DNA from: an uncultured Chloroflexia bacterium
GTDB lineage: Bacteria > Chloroflexota > Limnocylindria > Limnocylindrales > CSP1-4
Assembly: GCA_963813535.1 (NCBI GenBank)
Contig: CAWEZH010000002.1
Location: forward strand, 1,344,001 to 1,408,000
DNA length: 64,000 bases
Reading direction: 5' to 3'
This document shows, in pieces, positions 19,228 through 28,494 of the stretch (position 1 is the stretch's first letter; each line of letters starts with the position of its first letter). The notes beneath the pieces are model-generated. The model saw only the letters and a list, made by a program, of their open reading frames with translations. It had not been told where the DNA came from and did no database searches. The position numbers and the translations under genes were made by a program.

Positions 19228-20750
19228 CAGCGGTGCTCGAGACGGACGTAGGCGTGCAGCCCATGCATACCGCCCTCGCGGCCGAACCCGGACTCCTTGT
19301 AGCCCCCGAATGGCGAGGTCGGGTCGAACTTGTTGAACGTATTAGCCCACACCACGCCGGCCTGCAGCCGCGACACCATCTCGAGGATCCGCGAGCCCTT
19401 GTCGGTCCAGACGCCGGCCGACAGCCCATAGCGGGTGTTGTTCGCTTTCTCGACCGCCTCATCAGGCGTCCGGAAGGTCAGGACCGACAGCACCGGCCCG
19501 AAGATCTCCTCGCGGGCGATCCGGTGGCTCTGGGCGACGTTCGTGAAGAGCGTGGGGCGGAAGAAGTAGCCGCGCTCTGGCAGGTCGCACGCGGGCTGGT
19601 AGAGATCGGCGCCCTCGGCAACGCCAGAGGCGACGAGCTCCGTGATCTTCTCGAGCTGCGCCTTGGAGTTGATCGCGCCGACGTCCGTGTTCTTGTCGAG
19701 CGGGTCACCGACACGGATCGTGGAGAGGCGGTCCTTGAGCTTGTCGACGAGCGTATCGGCGATCGACTCCTGCACCAGCAGCCGCGACCCCGCGCAGCAC
19801 ACCTCACCCTGGTTGAAGTAGATCCCGTTGACGATGCCCTCGATGGCCTGGTCCAGCGGGGCGTCGTCGAACACGATGTTGGCGGCCTTGCCGCCGAGCT
19901 CGAGCGTCAGGGCCTTGTCCGAACCCGCCACCCCGCGGCCGATCTTCTTGCCGATCTCAGTCGAGCCGGTGAAGGCGACCTTGTCGACATCGGGGTGGGT
20001 CGCGAGGTGCATCCCGATCTCGCCCGGGCCGGTGACGATGTTGACGGTGCCCGGTGGCAGGTCGGCCTGCCGGACGACCTCGGCGAACAGCATCGCGGAG
20101 AGCGGCGTGGTCGACGCGGGCTTGAGCACGACCGTGTTCCCGGCTGCCAGCGCGGGGGCGATCTTCCACGCCAGCATCAGCAGCGGGAAGTTCCACGGGA
20201 TGATCTGGGCCGCCACACCTAGGGGCTTGGCGACCCGGCCAGGGAAGGCGTAGTCGAGCTTGTCGGCCCAGCCGGCGTAGTACCAAAAGTGGTTGGCAGC
20301 AAGCGGGACGTCGACGTCCCGGCTCTCCTTGATCGGCTTGCCGGAGTCCATCGACTCGAGGACGGCGAACTCGCGAGCGCGTTCCTGGAGGATCCGCGAG
20401 ATCCGGAAGAGGTACTTCGCACGCTCCCGGCCGGACAGCTGGCCCCATGACCGGCGCTGGGCACGCCGTGCGGCCCGCACCGCCTTGTCGACGTCCCCGG
20501 CGGTTGCCTTGGCGACCTTGGCGAGCGGTAGCTCCGTTGACGGGTCGATCGAGACGAACGTGCCGCCGCCGGTGGCGGCCACGGACCGCCCGTTGATGAA
20601 CAGCCCGTACTGCTCCTGGAGCGTGACGATGTCACGCGCCTCGGGCGCCGGGGCGTACTCCCACGGGATCGCCTGACCGTCCCCGAAACCCCAGCTGTTC
20701 GGCCGCTGGTCCGAGGTGACGACGACACTCGTGCTGGTGCGGTCCGCCAT
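19227..20750 (-). CDS. Aldehyde dehydrogenase
   Basis: IIPWNFP, FTGSTE, LELGGK, NQGEVCCAGSR (catalytic Cys), EEIFGPV, PFGGYKESG. Confidence 0.93.
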   Translation of the reverse strand: MADRTSTSVVVTSDQRPNSWGFGDGQAIPWEYAPAPEARDIVTLQEQYGLFINGRSVAATGGGTFVSIDPSTELPLAKVAKATAGDVDKAVRAARRAQRRSWGQLSGRERAKYLFRISRILQERAREFAVLESMDSGKPIKESRDVDVPLAANHFWYYAGWADKLDYAFPGRVAKPLGVAAQIIPWNFPLLMLAWKIAPALAAGNTVVLKPASTTPLSAMLFAEVVRQADLPPGTVNIVTGPGEIGMHLATHPDVDKVAFTGSTEIGKKIGRGVAGSDKALTLELGGKAANIVFDDAPLDQAIEGIVNGIYFNQGEVCCAGSRLLVQESIADTLVDKLKDRLSTIRVGDPLDKNTDVGAINSKAQLEKITELVASGVAEGADLYQPACDLPERGYFFRPTLFTNVAQSHRIAREEIFGPVLSVLTFRTPDEAVEKANNTRYGLSAGVWTDKGSRILEMVSRLQAGVVWANTFNKFDPTSPFGGYKESGFGREGGMHGLHAYVRLEHR

Positions 20751-20789
20751 GGTCGGCATTATGTCACCGCCTTCGTGCGGGGCTCCTTC

Positions 20790-21752
20790 TCAGCAGTCGT
20801 AGGCGGCGAGCGGGTATGACCGTTCGCAGAACCCCACGTGGACATGATCGTCGTGGCCGGTGTACCAGCGCGTCAGGCCTTCGCGGATGAGCACCGGATC
20901 ATTGAAGTAGATGACCTTGATGTGCCCCGGGGCGGCGGCCCGGATGGCACGAACCAGATCGCGCGTGGCCGCGCGGTCGTACGACGACATCCGAAAGCTC
21001 CCGCCCAACTGGCATTGGCGCTCGTCCCGACGCATCGTGCGGATGTCGACATCGAGACCGCGCGCGTGGCTTTCGTGGCCGGGGATGTCACCGCCATGCT
21101 CGAGGCCGATGTCACCGATGGCGATCGGACCGTGGCCGCGCTGCACGACGGTGACCGCGGCAGCCCGGACCTGGCCGATCGCCGCGCCCGTGCCCCAGTC
21201 GGCAGGCCCGTTGCCCACCTGGTAGTCGCACATCCAGCGACCGAAGACCGGCCGCTCGAAATGGCCGATCAGCTGACGCCAGGTCGCGCTGTCGACGACA
21301 CCCGTTGCGGGCAGTGCCGCATGGCGCTGGAACGTGCGCACGGCCGCGACGGTCGCCGGGCCCAGGGTGCCGTGGACGGTGAGACCCGCCCGTCGCTTGT
21401 CGTTCAGCTGCCGCTGGACCACCTTGACCGCCTCGCCCCTTGCCCATGGCTCGAGTCGGACGACCAACCGGACCCACGTCGAGGCATCGACCATGCCGGT
21501 CACCGGCAAGGCCTTGGCTGACTGGAAAGCACGGACCGCGCCGATCGTCGGCGTGTCGTACACGCCCGAGATGGCGAGGCCGGTCGCACCGTGATACCGC
21601 AGCAGGCCCTGCAGGGCTCGCACGTTCGAGCCGCGGTTGCCGACACTCTGGTGCGGATAGATCGGCGCGCCTGCAGACGCGACCCCGGAGACGGCGACGG
21701 TCAGCAGGGCGACGGACAGCGCGATGAAGGTCAGGCGAACCCGGCGGGACAT
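20790..21752 (-). CDS. Secreted peptidoglycan-binding protein with MepA-like (LAS-type) murein endopeptidase domain
   Basis: Signal peptide; two PG_binding_1-like repeats (VRALQ...AVRAFQ...G.VD..TW); [12 protein letters not shown] and HDDHVHV zinc motifs. Confidence 0.75.
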   Translation of the reverse strand: MSRRVRLTFIALSVALLTVAVSGVASAGAPIYPHQSVGNRGSNVRALQGLLRYHGATGLAISGVYDTPTIGAVRAFQSAKALPVTGMVDASTWVRLVVRLEPWARGEAVKVVQRQLNDKRRAGLTVHGTLGPATVAAVRTFQRHAALPATGVVDSATWRQLIGHFERPVFGRWMCDYQVGNGPADWGTGAAIGQVRAAAVTVVQRGHGPIAIGDIGLEHGGDIPGHESHARGLDVDIRTMRRDERQCQLGGSFRMSSYDRAATRDLVRAIRAAAPGHIKVIYFNDPVLIREGLTRWYTGHDDHVHVGFCERSYPLAAYDC

Positions 21753-21865
21753 GGCGGAGAGGCTACAGGCATCGGCCGATCCGCTGCATCACACGATGGG
21801 ACTAGGCGAGCCGACGTCTGCCTCCTTCCGGAAACGATGCCCTCGCAGCGTCGTAGGCTGCGCGC

Positions 21866-22579
21866 ATGGACCGACTGGCGGGGGTCGAGGAGCTGCTCGA
21901 CGGTCCGCTCCACGATCGCGCTGCGCTGGTCGGCAACCTGCGCGATCTCGCGCGGGTGAATCGACGACTCGGCGGCGTCGACCTCAGCGCCCGCGCGATC
22001 GATGCGCTGGCGCCCGGCACGGCCGAGCTCCGGATCCTCGACGTGGGCACCGGCGGCGCCGACATCCCGCTCGGGCTGATCGATCGTGGCCGGGCGACCG
22101 GTCGGCTGGTGCGGGTCACCGGCGTCGACAGCCGACCCGAGGTGCTGGCAGCCGCCGCGCTCGCCGATCCGCGGGTCACGGCGACCGGGGAGCTGGCGCT
22201 GCACGTAGCCGACGGCCGGTCCCTGCCATTCGCCGACGGTTCGTTCGAAGTCGTCCATGCCTCGCTCGTCGTCCACCATCTCGAGCCCGACACGGCACGG
22301 TCGTTGCTTGCCGAGATGGGCCGGGTCGCCCGCTTGGGCGTGGTCCTCAATGACCTCGTCCGCAGCCGACCGGCGTGGCTCGGCGCCTGGTTGCTGAGCC
22401 ATCTCGCGACGCGGAACCGCCTGACGCGCTACGACGCCCCCATGTCGGTCCGGCGGGCGTACTCGGTCGCGGAACTGACGGCGCTGATGGCTGCGGCCGG
22501 TCTTCGCGTCGAGCGACGCTACGACGGGTTCATGGGGCATCGGATCGCGCTCGCCGCGCGACACGACGGCGTGCGGTGA
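21866..22579 (+). CDS. SAM-dependent methyltransferase
   Basis: ILDVGTGGAD motif I, LPFADGSFEVV, HHL, NDL; N-terminal EELLD...DLARVNRRLGG. Confidence 0.85.
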   Translation: MDRLAGVEELLDGPLHDRAALVGNLRDLARVNRRLGGVDLSARAIDALAPGTAELRILDVGTGGADIPLGLIDRGRATGRLVRVTGVDSRPEVLAAAALADPRVTATGELALHVADGRSLPFADGSFEVVHASLVVHHLEPDTARSLLAEMGRVARLGVVLNDLVRSRPAWLGAWLLSHLATRNRLTRYDAPMSVRRAYSVAELTALMAAAGLRVERRYDGFMGHRIALAARHDGVR

Positions 22580-23799
22580 GCAGCGGCAGGACCGTGGACG
22601 TCGCGATCGTCGGTGCCGGGCCGGCCGGGACCGCGCTGGCGGCGGCGCTCGCGAGGCGAGGTCTGGACGTCGTGGTGTTGGAGCGTGCGGCGGCGTGGCA
22701 GTGGCGGGCCGGTGGCGTCTTCACGTCACCCGCGGCCGTCGCCGCGCTCACCCGGGTCGGGCTGGGGTCCGCCGTCATCGGTGACGTCACCACGCCGATC
22801 GCGGCGATGCGGCTCGAGACACCGGGTGGTTCGACCGTGCGGCTGACGTACGGGGCGGATCAGGGCGGGCCACCGGCGGTCGGGTTCGACCGCTCGCGGC
22901 TCGATCCTGCTCTGGAGCAGCTCGCGCGCGACGCCGGTGCGACCGTCCGCCGCGGCGTGAACGTCCGGGCGGTGACCCTCGGCGGACCCGGGCCAGCCAT
23001 CCTGGACCTCGGGGGTGAACACGTCGCCACCCGCATGGTGGTCGGCGCCGACGGCACCCACTCGATCGTCGCGCGAGACGCGGCCGTCGCACGACCGCCT
23101 CGACTGCCGCCGCGCGTCGGACTGACCTGGCATGTCGTCGATCCACGTCCCGAGCCGGCAACGCCGATCGATGCCCGGCTGGTCGTCGTTCGCGATGCGT
23201 ATGTCGGGCTTGCGCCGGTGCCCGGCGCGCGCCTGAACATCGGTATCGTGCTCGGGCGTTCCTGGCACACATCGCTCGCCCGCGACGGAGCGGCAACGAC
23301 CGTCCGCCGCGTCCTCGATCTCGTCCCGATCGCTGGCGACGACCCGGTCGCCTGGGCGGACGCGACGCCGTGCGATCGGATCGCCGGCGCCTCACCTCTG
23401 GGCGTGCGCGTGACGCGGCGTGCCGGCAACGGGTGGTTCCTGGTAGGTGACGCCGCCGGCTTCCTCGACCCGTTCACCGGCGAGGGTCTCCATCGCGCAC
23501 TGGTCTCGACGGAGCTCGCGGCTCGCGCCATCCCAGCGGCACTCAGCGGGGGCTCGGGAGCCCGGGAACGTGCGGCCGCCGCGTATGACCGCTCGATGCG
23601 TCGGCGTTTCGGCTCGAAGGATGCGGTCTCCTTCCTGGTCCAGTCGTTCCTGGCCCGGCCGGGGCTGTTCGAGTACGCCGCGCGACGGCTCGCCGAACGG
23701 CCCGGCGTCCGTGCGACGATGGGCCTCGTGATGGGTGACCTGGTTCCCGCGTCGCGTGCGCTGGATCCCCGCTTCCTCGCGGCGCTACTGGCGCCGTGA
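22576..23799 (+). CDS. FAD-dependent oxidoreductase (geranylgeranyl reductase/monooxygenase-like)
   Basis: GAGPAG, VGADG, LVGDAAGFLDPFTGEG; GTGA overlap with the methyltransferase. Confidence 0.85.
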   Translation: MSSGRTVDVAIVGAGPAGTALAAALARRGLDVVVLERAAAWQWRAGGVFTSPAAVAALTRVGLGSAVIGDVTTPIAAMRLETPGGSTVRLTYGADQGGPPAVGFDRSRLDPALEQLARDAGATVRRGVNVRAVTLGGPGPAILDLGGEHVATRMVVGADGTHSIVARDAAVARPPRLPPRVGLTWHVVDPRPEPATPIDARLVVVRDAYVGLAPVPGARLNIGIVLGRSWHTSLARDGAATTVRRVLDLVPIAGDDPVAWADATPCDRIAGASPLGVRVTRRAGNGWFLVGDAAGFLDPFTGEGLHRALVSTELAARAIPAALSGGSGARERAAAAYDRSMRRRFGSKDAVSFLVQSFLARPGLFEYAARRLAERPGVRATMGLVMGDLVPASRALDPRFLAALLAP

Positions 23800-23815
23800 C
23801 CACGGGCGTGAGCCG

Positions 23816-24247
23816 GTGAGCGAGGATCGCGTCCGCGTCGCGGCGTACGCGATCGTTCGTGATGAGCAGGACCGGGTGCTGTTGTGCCACATCCACCCGT
23901 CGGTCGGGGTCGGCGACGTCTGGACGCTGCCCGGTGGCGGGCTCGAATTCGGCGAGTCGCCGGCGCGGGCCGTCGTCCGCGAGATGCAGGAGGAGACGGG
24001 GTTCCTCGGCGAGATCGAGCGGCTCGTGGAGGTCGACGACCGACTGTTCAGCAACGGCGACGACGGCGACCGGATGCACGCGATCCGGATCGTCTACGAC
24101 GTGCGGATCGTCGGTGGCGCTCTGCGCGACGAGGCCGACGGCTCGACCGACACGTGCCGCTGGGTCGCCCCCGAGGAGGCGCTCCAGATGCGTCTCGGCG
24201 AGCTGGCGCGACATGCCGTCGAGCGGCTCGCCGCCGTCGATGCATAG
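23816..24247 (+). CDS. NUDIX hydrolase
   Basis: Nudix box PGGGLEFGESPARAVVREMQEETG. Confidence 0.88.
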   Translation: MSEDRVRVAAYAIVRDEQDRVLLCHIHPSVGVGDVWTLPGGGLEFGESPARAVVREMQEETGFLGEIERLVEVDDRLFSNGDDGDRMHAIRIVYDVRIVGGALRDEADGSTDTCRWVAPEEALQMRLGELARHAVERLAAVDA

Positions 24248-24743
24248 CCAGATCGCGATCGACATCGACGCGCCCGCGGCGCTGGTGTTCGCCCTCGCGC
24301 GAGACGTGGAGCGGTGGGCGACGCTCCTCCCTCACTACGTTCGTTCCGGCGTCCTCGGCCGCGATCCCAGTGGGCGTCAGCTCGTCGAGTTCGTCGCTCG
24401 CCGCCCGTTCGTCCCGGTGCTCGGACTCGGTCTCCCGGTCGTCTGGCGATCGCGGACATGGAACGAGCCCGACGCACGACGCCTTCGTTTCGAGCACGTC
24501 GCCGGGGCGACCCGCGGCATGGACGTGACGTGGGACATCGTTCCGCGCCCCGATGGCATGGGCTGTCGCGTCACCATCAGCCACGAGTTCGCCCCTCCGG
24601 TGCCCGGCTTCGCCACGTTCGTGGACCGATTCTTCACGCGCGCGATCGCCGGCCGCACCCTCGGCACGTTCAAGGCACTGGCCGAGACGCTGGACCGCGC
24701 CGATAGGTCCGATCCCGCACCGCCGCCGAATCCCTCGACATGA
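24240..24743 (+). CDS. SRPBCC polyketide cyclase/aromatase-like protein
   Basis: IDIDAPAALVFALARDVERW..LLPHY...GMDVTW...VTISHEF...IAGRTL..FK; overlaps both neighbours. Confidence 0.75.
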   Translation: MHSQIAIDIDAPAALVFALARDVERWATLLPHYVRSGVLGRDPSGRQLVEFVARRPFVPVLGLGLPVVWRSRTWNEPDARRLRFEHVAGATRGMDVTWDIVPRPDGMGCRVTISHEFAPPVPGFATFVDRFFTRAIAGRTLGTFKALAETLDRADRSDPAPPPNPST

Positions 24744-26002
24744 GCGAGCGACGACGGATCTGGATCACCGGCCTCGGGATCGTCACGCCCATCGGGACGG
24801 GCGTCGAGGCGTTCCGAGCCGGCCTCCGTCGTGCCGAGTCACCGGTCAAGCGCATCGACCGCTTCGATCCGTCGCCCTTCCGCAGCCAGGTGGCGGCCCA
24901 GGTCGACGACTTCGACCCGTTGTCGTGGATGCCACCCAAGACGGCCCGCCAACTCGATCGGTTCAGCCAGTTCGGGATGGTCGCCGGCCGCCTGGCTCTC
25001 GACGATGCGGGGATGCGACCCGGCGAGGCCGGTGCCCCGGACCCGGAACGCGTCGGGATCTACCTCGGGTCGGCGCTCGGCGGCATCGCGTTCGCGGAGG
25101 AGCAGCACGAACGGTTCATGGAGAAGGGCATCCGCCAGGTCGCCCCGACGCTCGCCCTTGCCGTCTTCGGCGGCGCCGCGCCGGCCAACCTCGGGATCGA
25201 GCTCGACGTCCGCGGCCCCATCCTCTCGACCGCCAATTCCTGCGCATCGGGTGGTGTCGCCCTGGGTGAGGCGATGGGCGACCTGCGCGAGGGACGGGTC
25301 GATGCGGCGATCGCCGGCGGCTGCGAGATCCCTCTGTCGCCGCTCGCGTTCGGAGCGTTCGACATCATCCGGGCCCTCTCCGCGGGACACAACGACGACC
25401 CAAGCCACGCCGCACGACCCTTCGACAGCGAGCGCGATGGATTCGTCATGGGTGAGGGCGCGACCCTGCTCGTGCTCGAGGAGGCCGGGGCGGCCGCCCG
25501 GCGGGGCGCGACTCCGTATGCCGAGCTGCTCGGCTACGGCGCGACGTCCGACGCGCACCACATGGTCCAGCCGCGCGCCGACGGTCGCGAGGCGGCGCGA
25601 GCGACGACCATCGCGCTCGACGATGCCGCGGTCGACGCAGGCGAGATCGAGTACGTCAACGCGCACGCGTCGTCGACGCCGATCGGCGACATCGCCGAGG
25701 CGCGCGCCATCACGATCGCCCTCGGCGAGCGCGCCGCGACGGTGCCGGTCAGCGGGACCAAGGCCCTCTATGGGCATCCCCTCGGTGCGTCGGGTGCCAT
25801 CGAGGCGGCCATCTGTGCGCTGGCCATCCACGACGGGTGGGCGCCGGCGTCGGTCAACCTCGAGTCGCCCGAGCCGGAGCTCGACGGGCTGCTGCCAGGC
25901 CTCCTGCGCGAGGGCCGCGACGGGACCTACCGGCGGGTGCTGAGCACCTCGTTCGGGTTCGGCGGGCTGAACGCCGCGTTGGTGTTCGGCGCCGTCGACT
26001 GA
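24740..26002 (+). CDS. Beta-ketoacyl synthase, FabF/KS-alpha-like
   Basis: ITGLGIVTPIG, catalytic ANSCASG, NAHASST, KALYGHPLGASG, SFGFGG; Cys-His-His triad intact. Confidence 0.9.
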   Translation: MSERRRIWITGLGIVTPIGTGVEAFRAGLRRAESPVKRIDRFDPSPFRSQVAAQVDDFDPLSWMPPKTARQLDRFSQFGMVAGRLALDDAGMRPGEAGAPDPERVGIYLGSALGGIAFAEEQHERFMEKGIRQVAPTLALAVFGGAAPANLGIELDVRGPILSTANSCASGGVALGEAMGDLREGRVDAAIAGGCEIPLSPLAFGAFDIIRALSAGHNDDPSHAARPFDSERDGFVMGEGATLLVLEEAGAAARRGATPYAELLGYGATSDAHHMVQPRADGREAARATTIALDDAAVDAGEIEYVNAHASSTPIGDIAEARAITIALGERAATVPVSGTKALYGHPLGASGAIEAAICALAIHDGWAPASVNLESPEPELDGLLPGLLREGRDGTYRRVLSTSFGFGGLNAALVFGAVD

Positions 26003-27309
26003 AGCACGGCCTCTGCCGGGACCGTCTCGGCCGCGCGTGCCGTGACCGCCAGGTCGCGGGCGCCGATCCGTCGATACCAGACGAGCGCCCCGACCCCGCA
26101 TACGAGCGAGAGGACGCCACCGATGGCGACGGCCTGGAGGATCCCGATCGTCGACGCGACCGCGCCCATGAGGAGGCCGCCGATCGGCATCGACGCCGAG
26201 AAGACCGTGGTGTAGACGCTCATCACTCGCCCGCGCAGCCCATCGGGCACGGCCAGCTGGATCGTGGCGTTGGCGGTGGCGGCCATGATGATGCCGCCGG
26301 CCCCGATCGGAACCATCAGCAGCAGCGACAGCGGGAACGACGTCGAGGCCGCCAGGGCGACCGTCGCGATGCCGAGCGCGACCGCGCCGAGGGCGATGCG
26401 GATCGGGCGAGGTCGACCGGCGATCACCAGCACGACCGCCGATACCAGCGCACCGATACCTGACGCGGTCATCAGGAAGCCGTAGCCCGAGGCGTCGCTA
26501 CCGAGCACGTCCTGAGCGAGCGGCGGGATGAGCACCTGGAAGTTCATGCCGAACGTGGCGACCAGCCCCACCGTCGTCACGGCCATCAATACGATGGGCG
26601 TGTGGCGGACGAAGGCGAGGCCCTCGCGCAGGGTCTCGACGACAGCACCGACCGACCGCGGTCGGGGCACCAGACGCGGCAGGTGCAACTCGTCGTCGCG
26701 CATGGCCGCCAAGGCGATGATCACCGCGAGGAAGCTGACGGCGTTGATCGCGAATGCCGGGGCGATCCCGAATGCGGCGATCGTCAGCCCAGCCATGGCC
26801 GGCCCGACGACGCGGGCACCGTTGAACATCGCCGAGTTGATGGCCACCGCGTTGCCGATATCACGGGGACCGACCATCTCGATCGCGAACGACTGGCGGA
26901 CGGGCATGTCGACGGCGCTCGCGCACCCCAGGAGCAGGGCCAGCACGACGATCATCCAGACCTCGACCAACCCGGTCGCGGTGAGGATCGTCAGGATGAT
27001 GGCGAGCACCATCATCACGACCTGGGCGGCCAGCAAGGTCTGGCGCTTGGGCAGCACGTCCGCGAGGATGCCGGCGAAGAGGCCAAGGACCATGACCGGC
27101 AGGAACTGCGCGGTGGCAACCACGCCGAGCCAGAAGGGGTCGCCGGTGAGCGTCAACACCAGCCAACCCTGGGCGACCTGCTGCATCCAGGTGCCGATGA
27201 GCGACACCGCTTGGCCGAAGAAGAACAGCCGGTAGTTGCGGTGGCCGAAGGCCTTGCCGGCCTTGCTCCGAGCGAGCCGTCGTGGGGCGAGGACAGACAC
27301 ACCGGTCAT
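25927..27309 (-). CDS. MFS transporter (MFS_3/H+ antiporter type)
   Basis: RNYRLFFFGQAVSLIGTWMQ, DMPVRQSF, LRGRVMS; about 12 TM segments. Confidence 0.9.
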   Translation of the reverse strand: MTGVSVLAPRRLARSKAGKAFGHRNYRLFFFGQAVSLIGTWMQQVAQGWLVLTLTGDPFWLGVVATAQFLPVMVLGLFAGILADVLPKRQTLLAAQVVMMVLAIILTILTATGLVEVWMIVVLALLLGCASAVDMPVRQSFAIEMVGPRDIGNAVAINSAMFNGARVVGPAMAGLTIAAFGIAPAFAINAVSFLAVIIALAAMRDDELHLPRLVPRPRSVGAVVETLREGLAFVRHTPIVLMAVTTVGLVATFGMNFQVLIPPLAQDVLGSDASGYGFLMTASGIGALVSAVVLVIAGRPRPIRIALGAVALGIATVALAASTSFPLSLLLMVPIGAGGIIMAATANATIQLAVPDGLRGRVMSVYTTVFSASMPIGGLLMGAVASTIGILQAVAIGGVLSLVCGVGALVWYRRIGARDLAVTARAAETVPAEAVLQSTAPNTNAAFSPPNPNEVLSTRR

Positions 27310-27806
27310 GACCGCGCGTCCCGCTCGGGATGGGGCGTCGGGCCGCCATCGATCTCCGAGAGATGGGCCTCCAGGTGGACCCGTCGCTCGCGGGCGGCGT
27401 CGATCATGGACCGAAGACGGAGGGCCTTGGCTTCGAGGGTCGCGATCTGGCGGTCGACGCGGGTGCGGGCGTCCTCGAGGATCGCCCGCCGCTCGGCCGG
27501 GTCCTGCGTGGCGCGGAAGCGTTCGCGGTTGCGCTCGCGCGCCGCCTCGTCCTCGAGCAATTGGCCGATCTGGGCGAGCGAGAACCCGGCCTCGTCGCGG
27601 AGCTCCTTGATGTGCCGCAGCCGGTCAAGGTCCGAGTCGTCGTACAGCCGGTAGGCACCACCGGAGCGACCGGCCGGCTCGAGCAGACCGACCTCCTCGT
27701 AATAGCGGATGGCGCGGGATGTCAGACCGGTCTCGGCGGCGACCTCCTGGATCTTGAGCAGCGGGGGGTCTGCGGCGGGCGCGGCCGTCGTTGGTCTGGT
27801 GGGCAT
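27306..27806 (-). CDS. MerR-family transcriptional regulator
   Basis: KIQEVAAETGLTSRAIRYYEEVGLL...YRLYD HTH plus coiled coil; no metal-binding Cys. Confidence 0.9.
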   Translation of the reverse strand: MPTRPTTAAPAADPPLLKIQEVAAETGLTSRAIRYYEEVGLLEPAGRSGGAYRLYDDSDLDRLRHIKELRDEAGFSLAQIGQLLEDEAARERNRERFRATQDPAERRAILEDARTRVDRQIATLEAKALRLRSMIDAARERRVHLEAHLSEIDGGPTPHPERDARS

Positions 27807-27824
27807 CGCACGCAGTCTATCACA

Positions 27825-27846
27825 ACCTTAACGTTCACGTGAAGGT
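27825..27846. promoter_or_regulatory. MerR-type dyad operator
   Basis: ACCTTAACGT-TC-ACGTGAAGGT (9/10 arm match) just upstream of the TAGACT -10 box of merR. Confidence 0.65.
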
Positions 27847-27936
27847 CCGGATGAGCCATTCGGGAACGATTCCTCCCGACGACCCGCCAATACACTCCAG
27901 ACGCGACCAGACCGGCCGTGCGGATCCGAGGGCGAC

Positions 27937-28494
27937 GTGGAGCGAGACCTCGTGGAGCGAGCGCGGAAGGGCGATCATGACGCCTTCGCTGTGCTGGCAG
28001 GCGCCACGATCGGTCGGCTTGACGCCGCGGCTCGGCTCATCCTGAGGGACTCGTACCGAGCGGAGGACGCCGTCCAGGAGACGCTCGTCCGATGCTGGCG
28101 GGACCTGCCCACCCTGCGCGATCCCGATCGCTTCGATGCCTGGCTTCACCGGATCTTTCTCAACGCCTGCCGCGATCAGCTCCGGGTCGCCAAGCGCAGG
28201 AGCATCGAGGTCGAGCTTCCCGAGATCCATCCCCTCTCGGTGCCTGACTCCCAATCGGCCACCGCCGACCGGGACCTCATCGAGCGTGGCGTTCGTCACC
28301 TCGATACCGACCAGCGCACCGTGATCGTCCTTCACTACTACCTTGGCCTGCCGCTGCCCGATGCCGCCTCAGCGATGGGGATCCCGCTCGGGACCGCGAA
28401 GTCACGCCTCCATCGGGCGACCCAGGCACTCCGAGCCGCTCTCGACTCGGATGCGCGAGGAGCCCCGCAGATGGCGGAGGGTCGGTCCAGATGA
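27937..28494 (+). CDS. ECF RNA polymerase sigma factor
   Basis: Region 2 AEDAVQE...FDAWLHRI and region 4 GIPLGTAKSRLHRA. Confidence 0.9.
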   Translation: MERDLVERARKGDHDAFAVLAGATIGRLDAAARLILRDSYRAEDAVQETLVRCWRDLPTLRDPDRFDAWLHRIFLNACRDQLRVAKRRSIEVELPEIHPLSVPDSQSATADRDLIERGVRHLDTDQRTVIVLHYYLGLPLPDAASAMGIPLGTAKSRLHRATQALRAALDSDARGAPQMAEGRSR

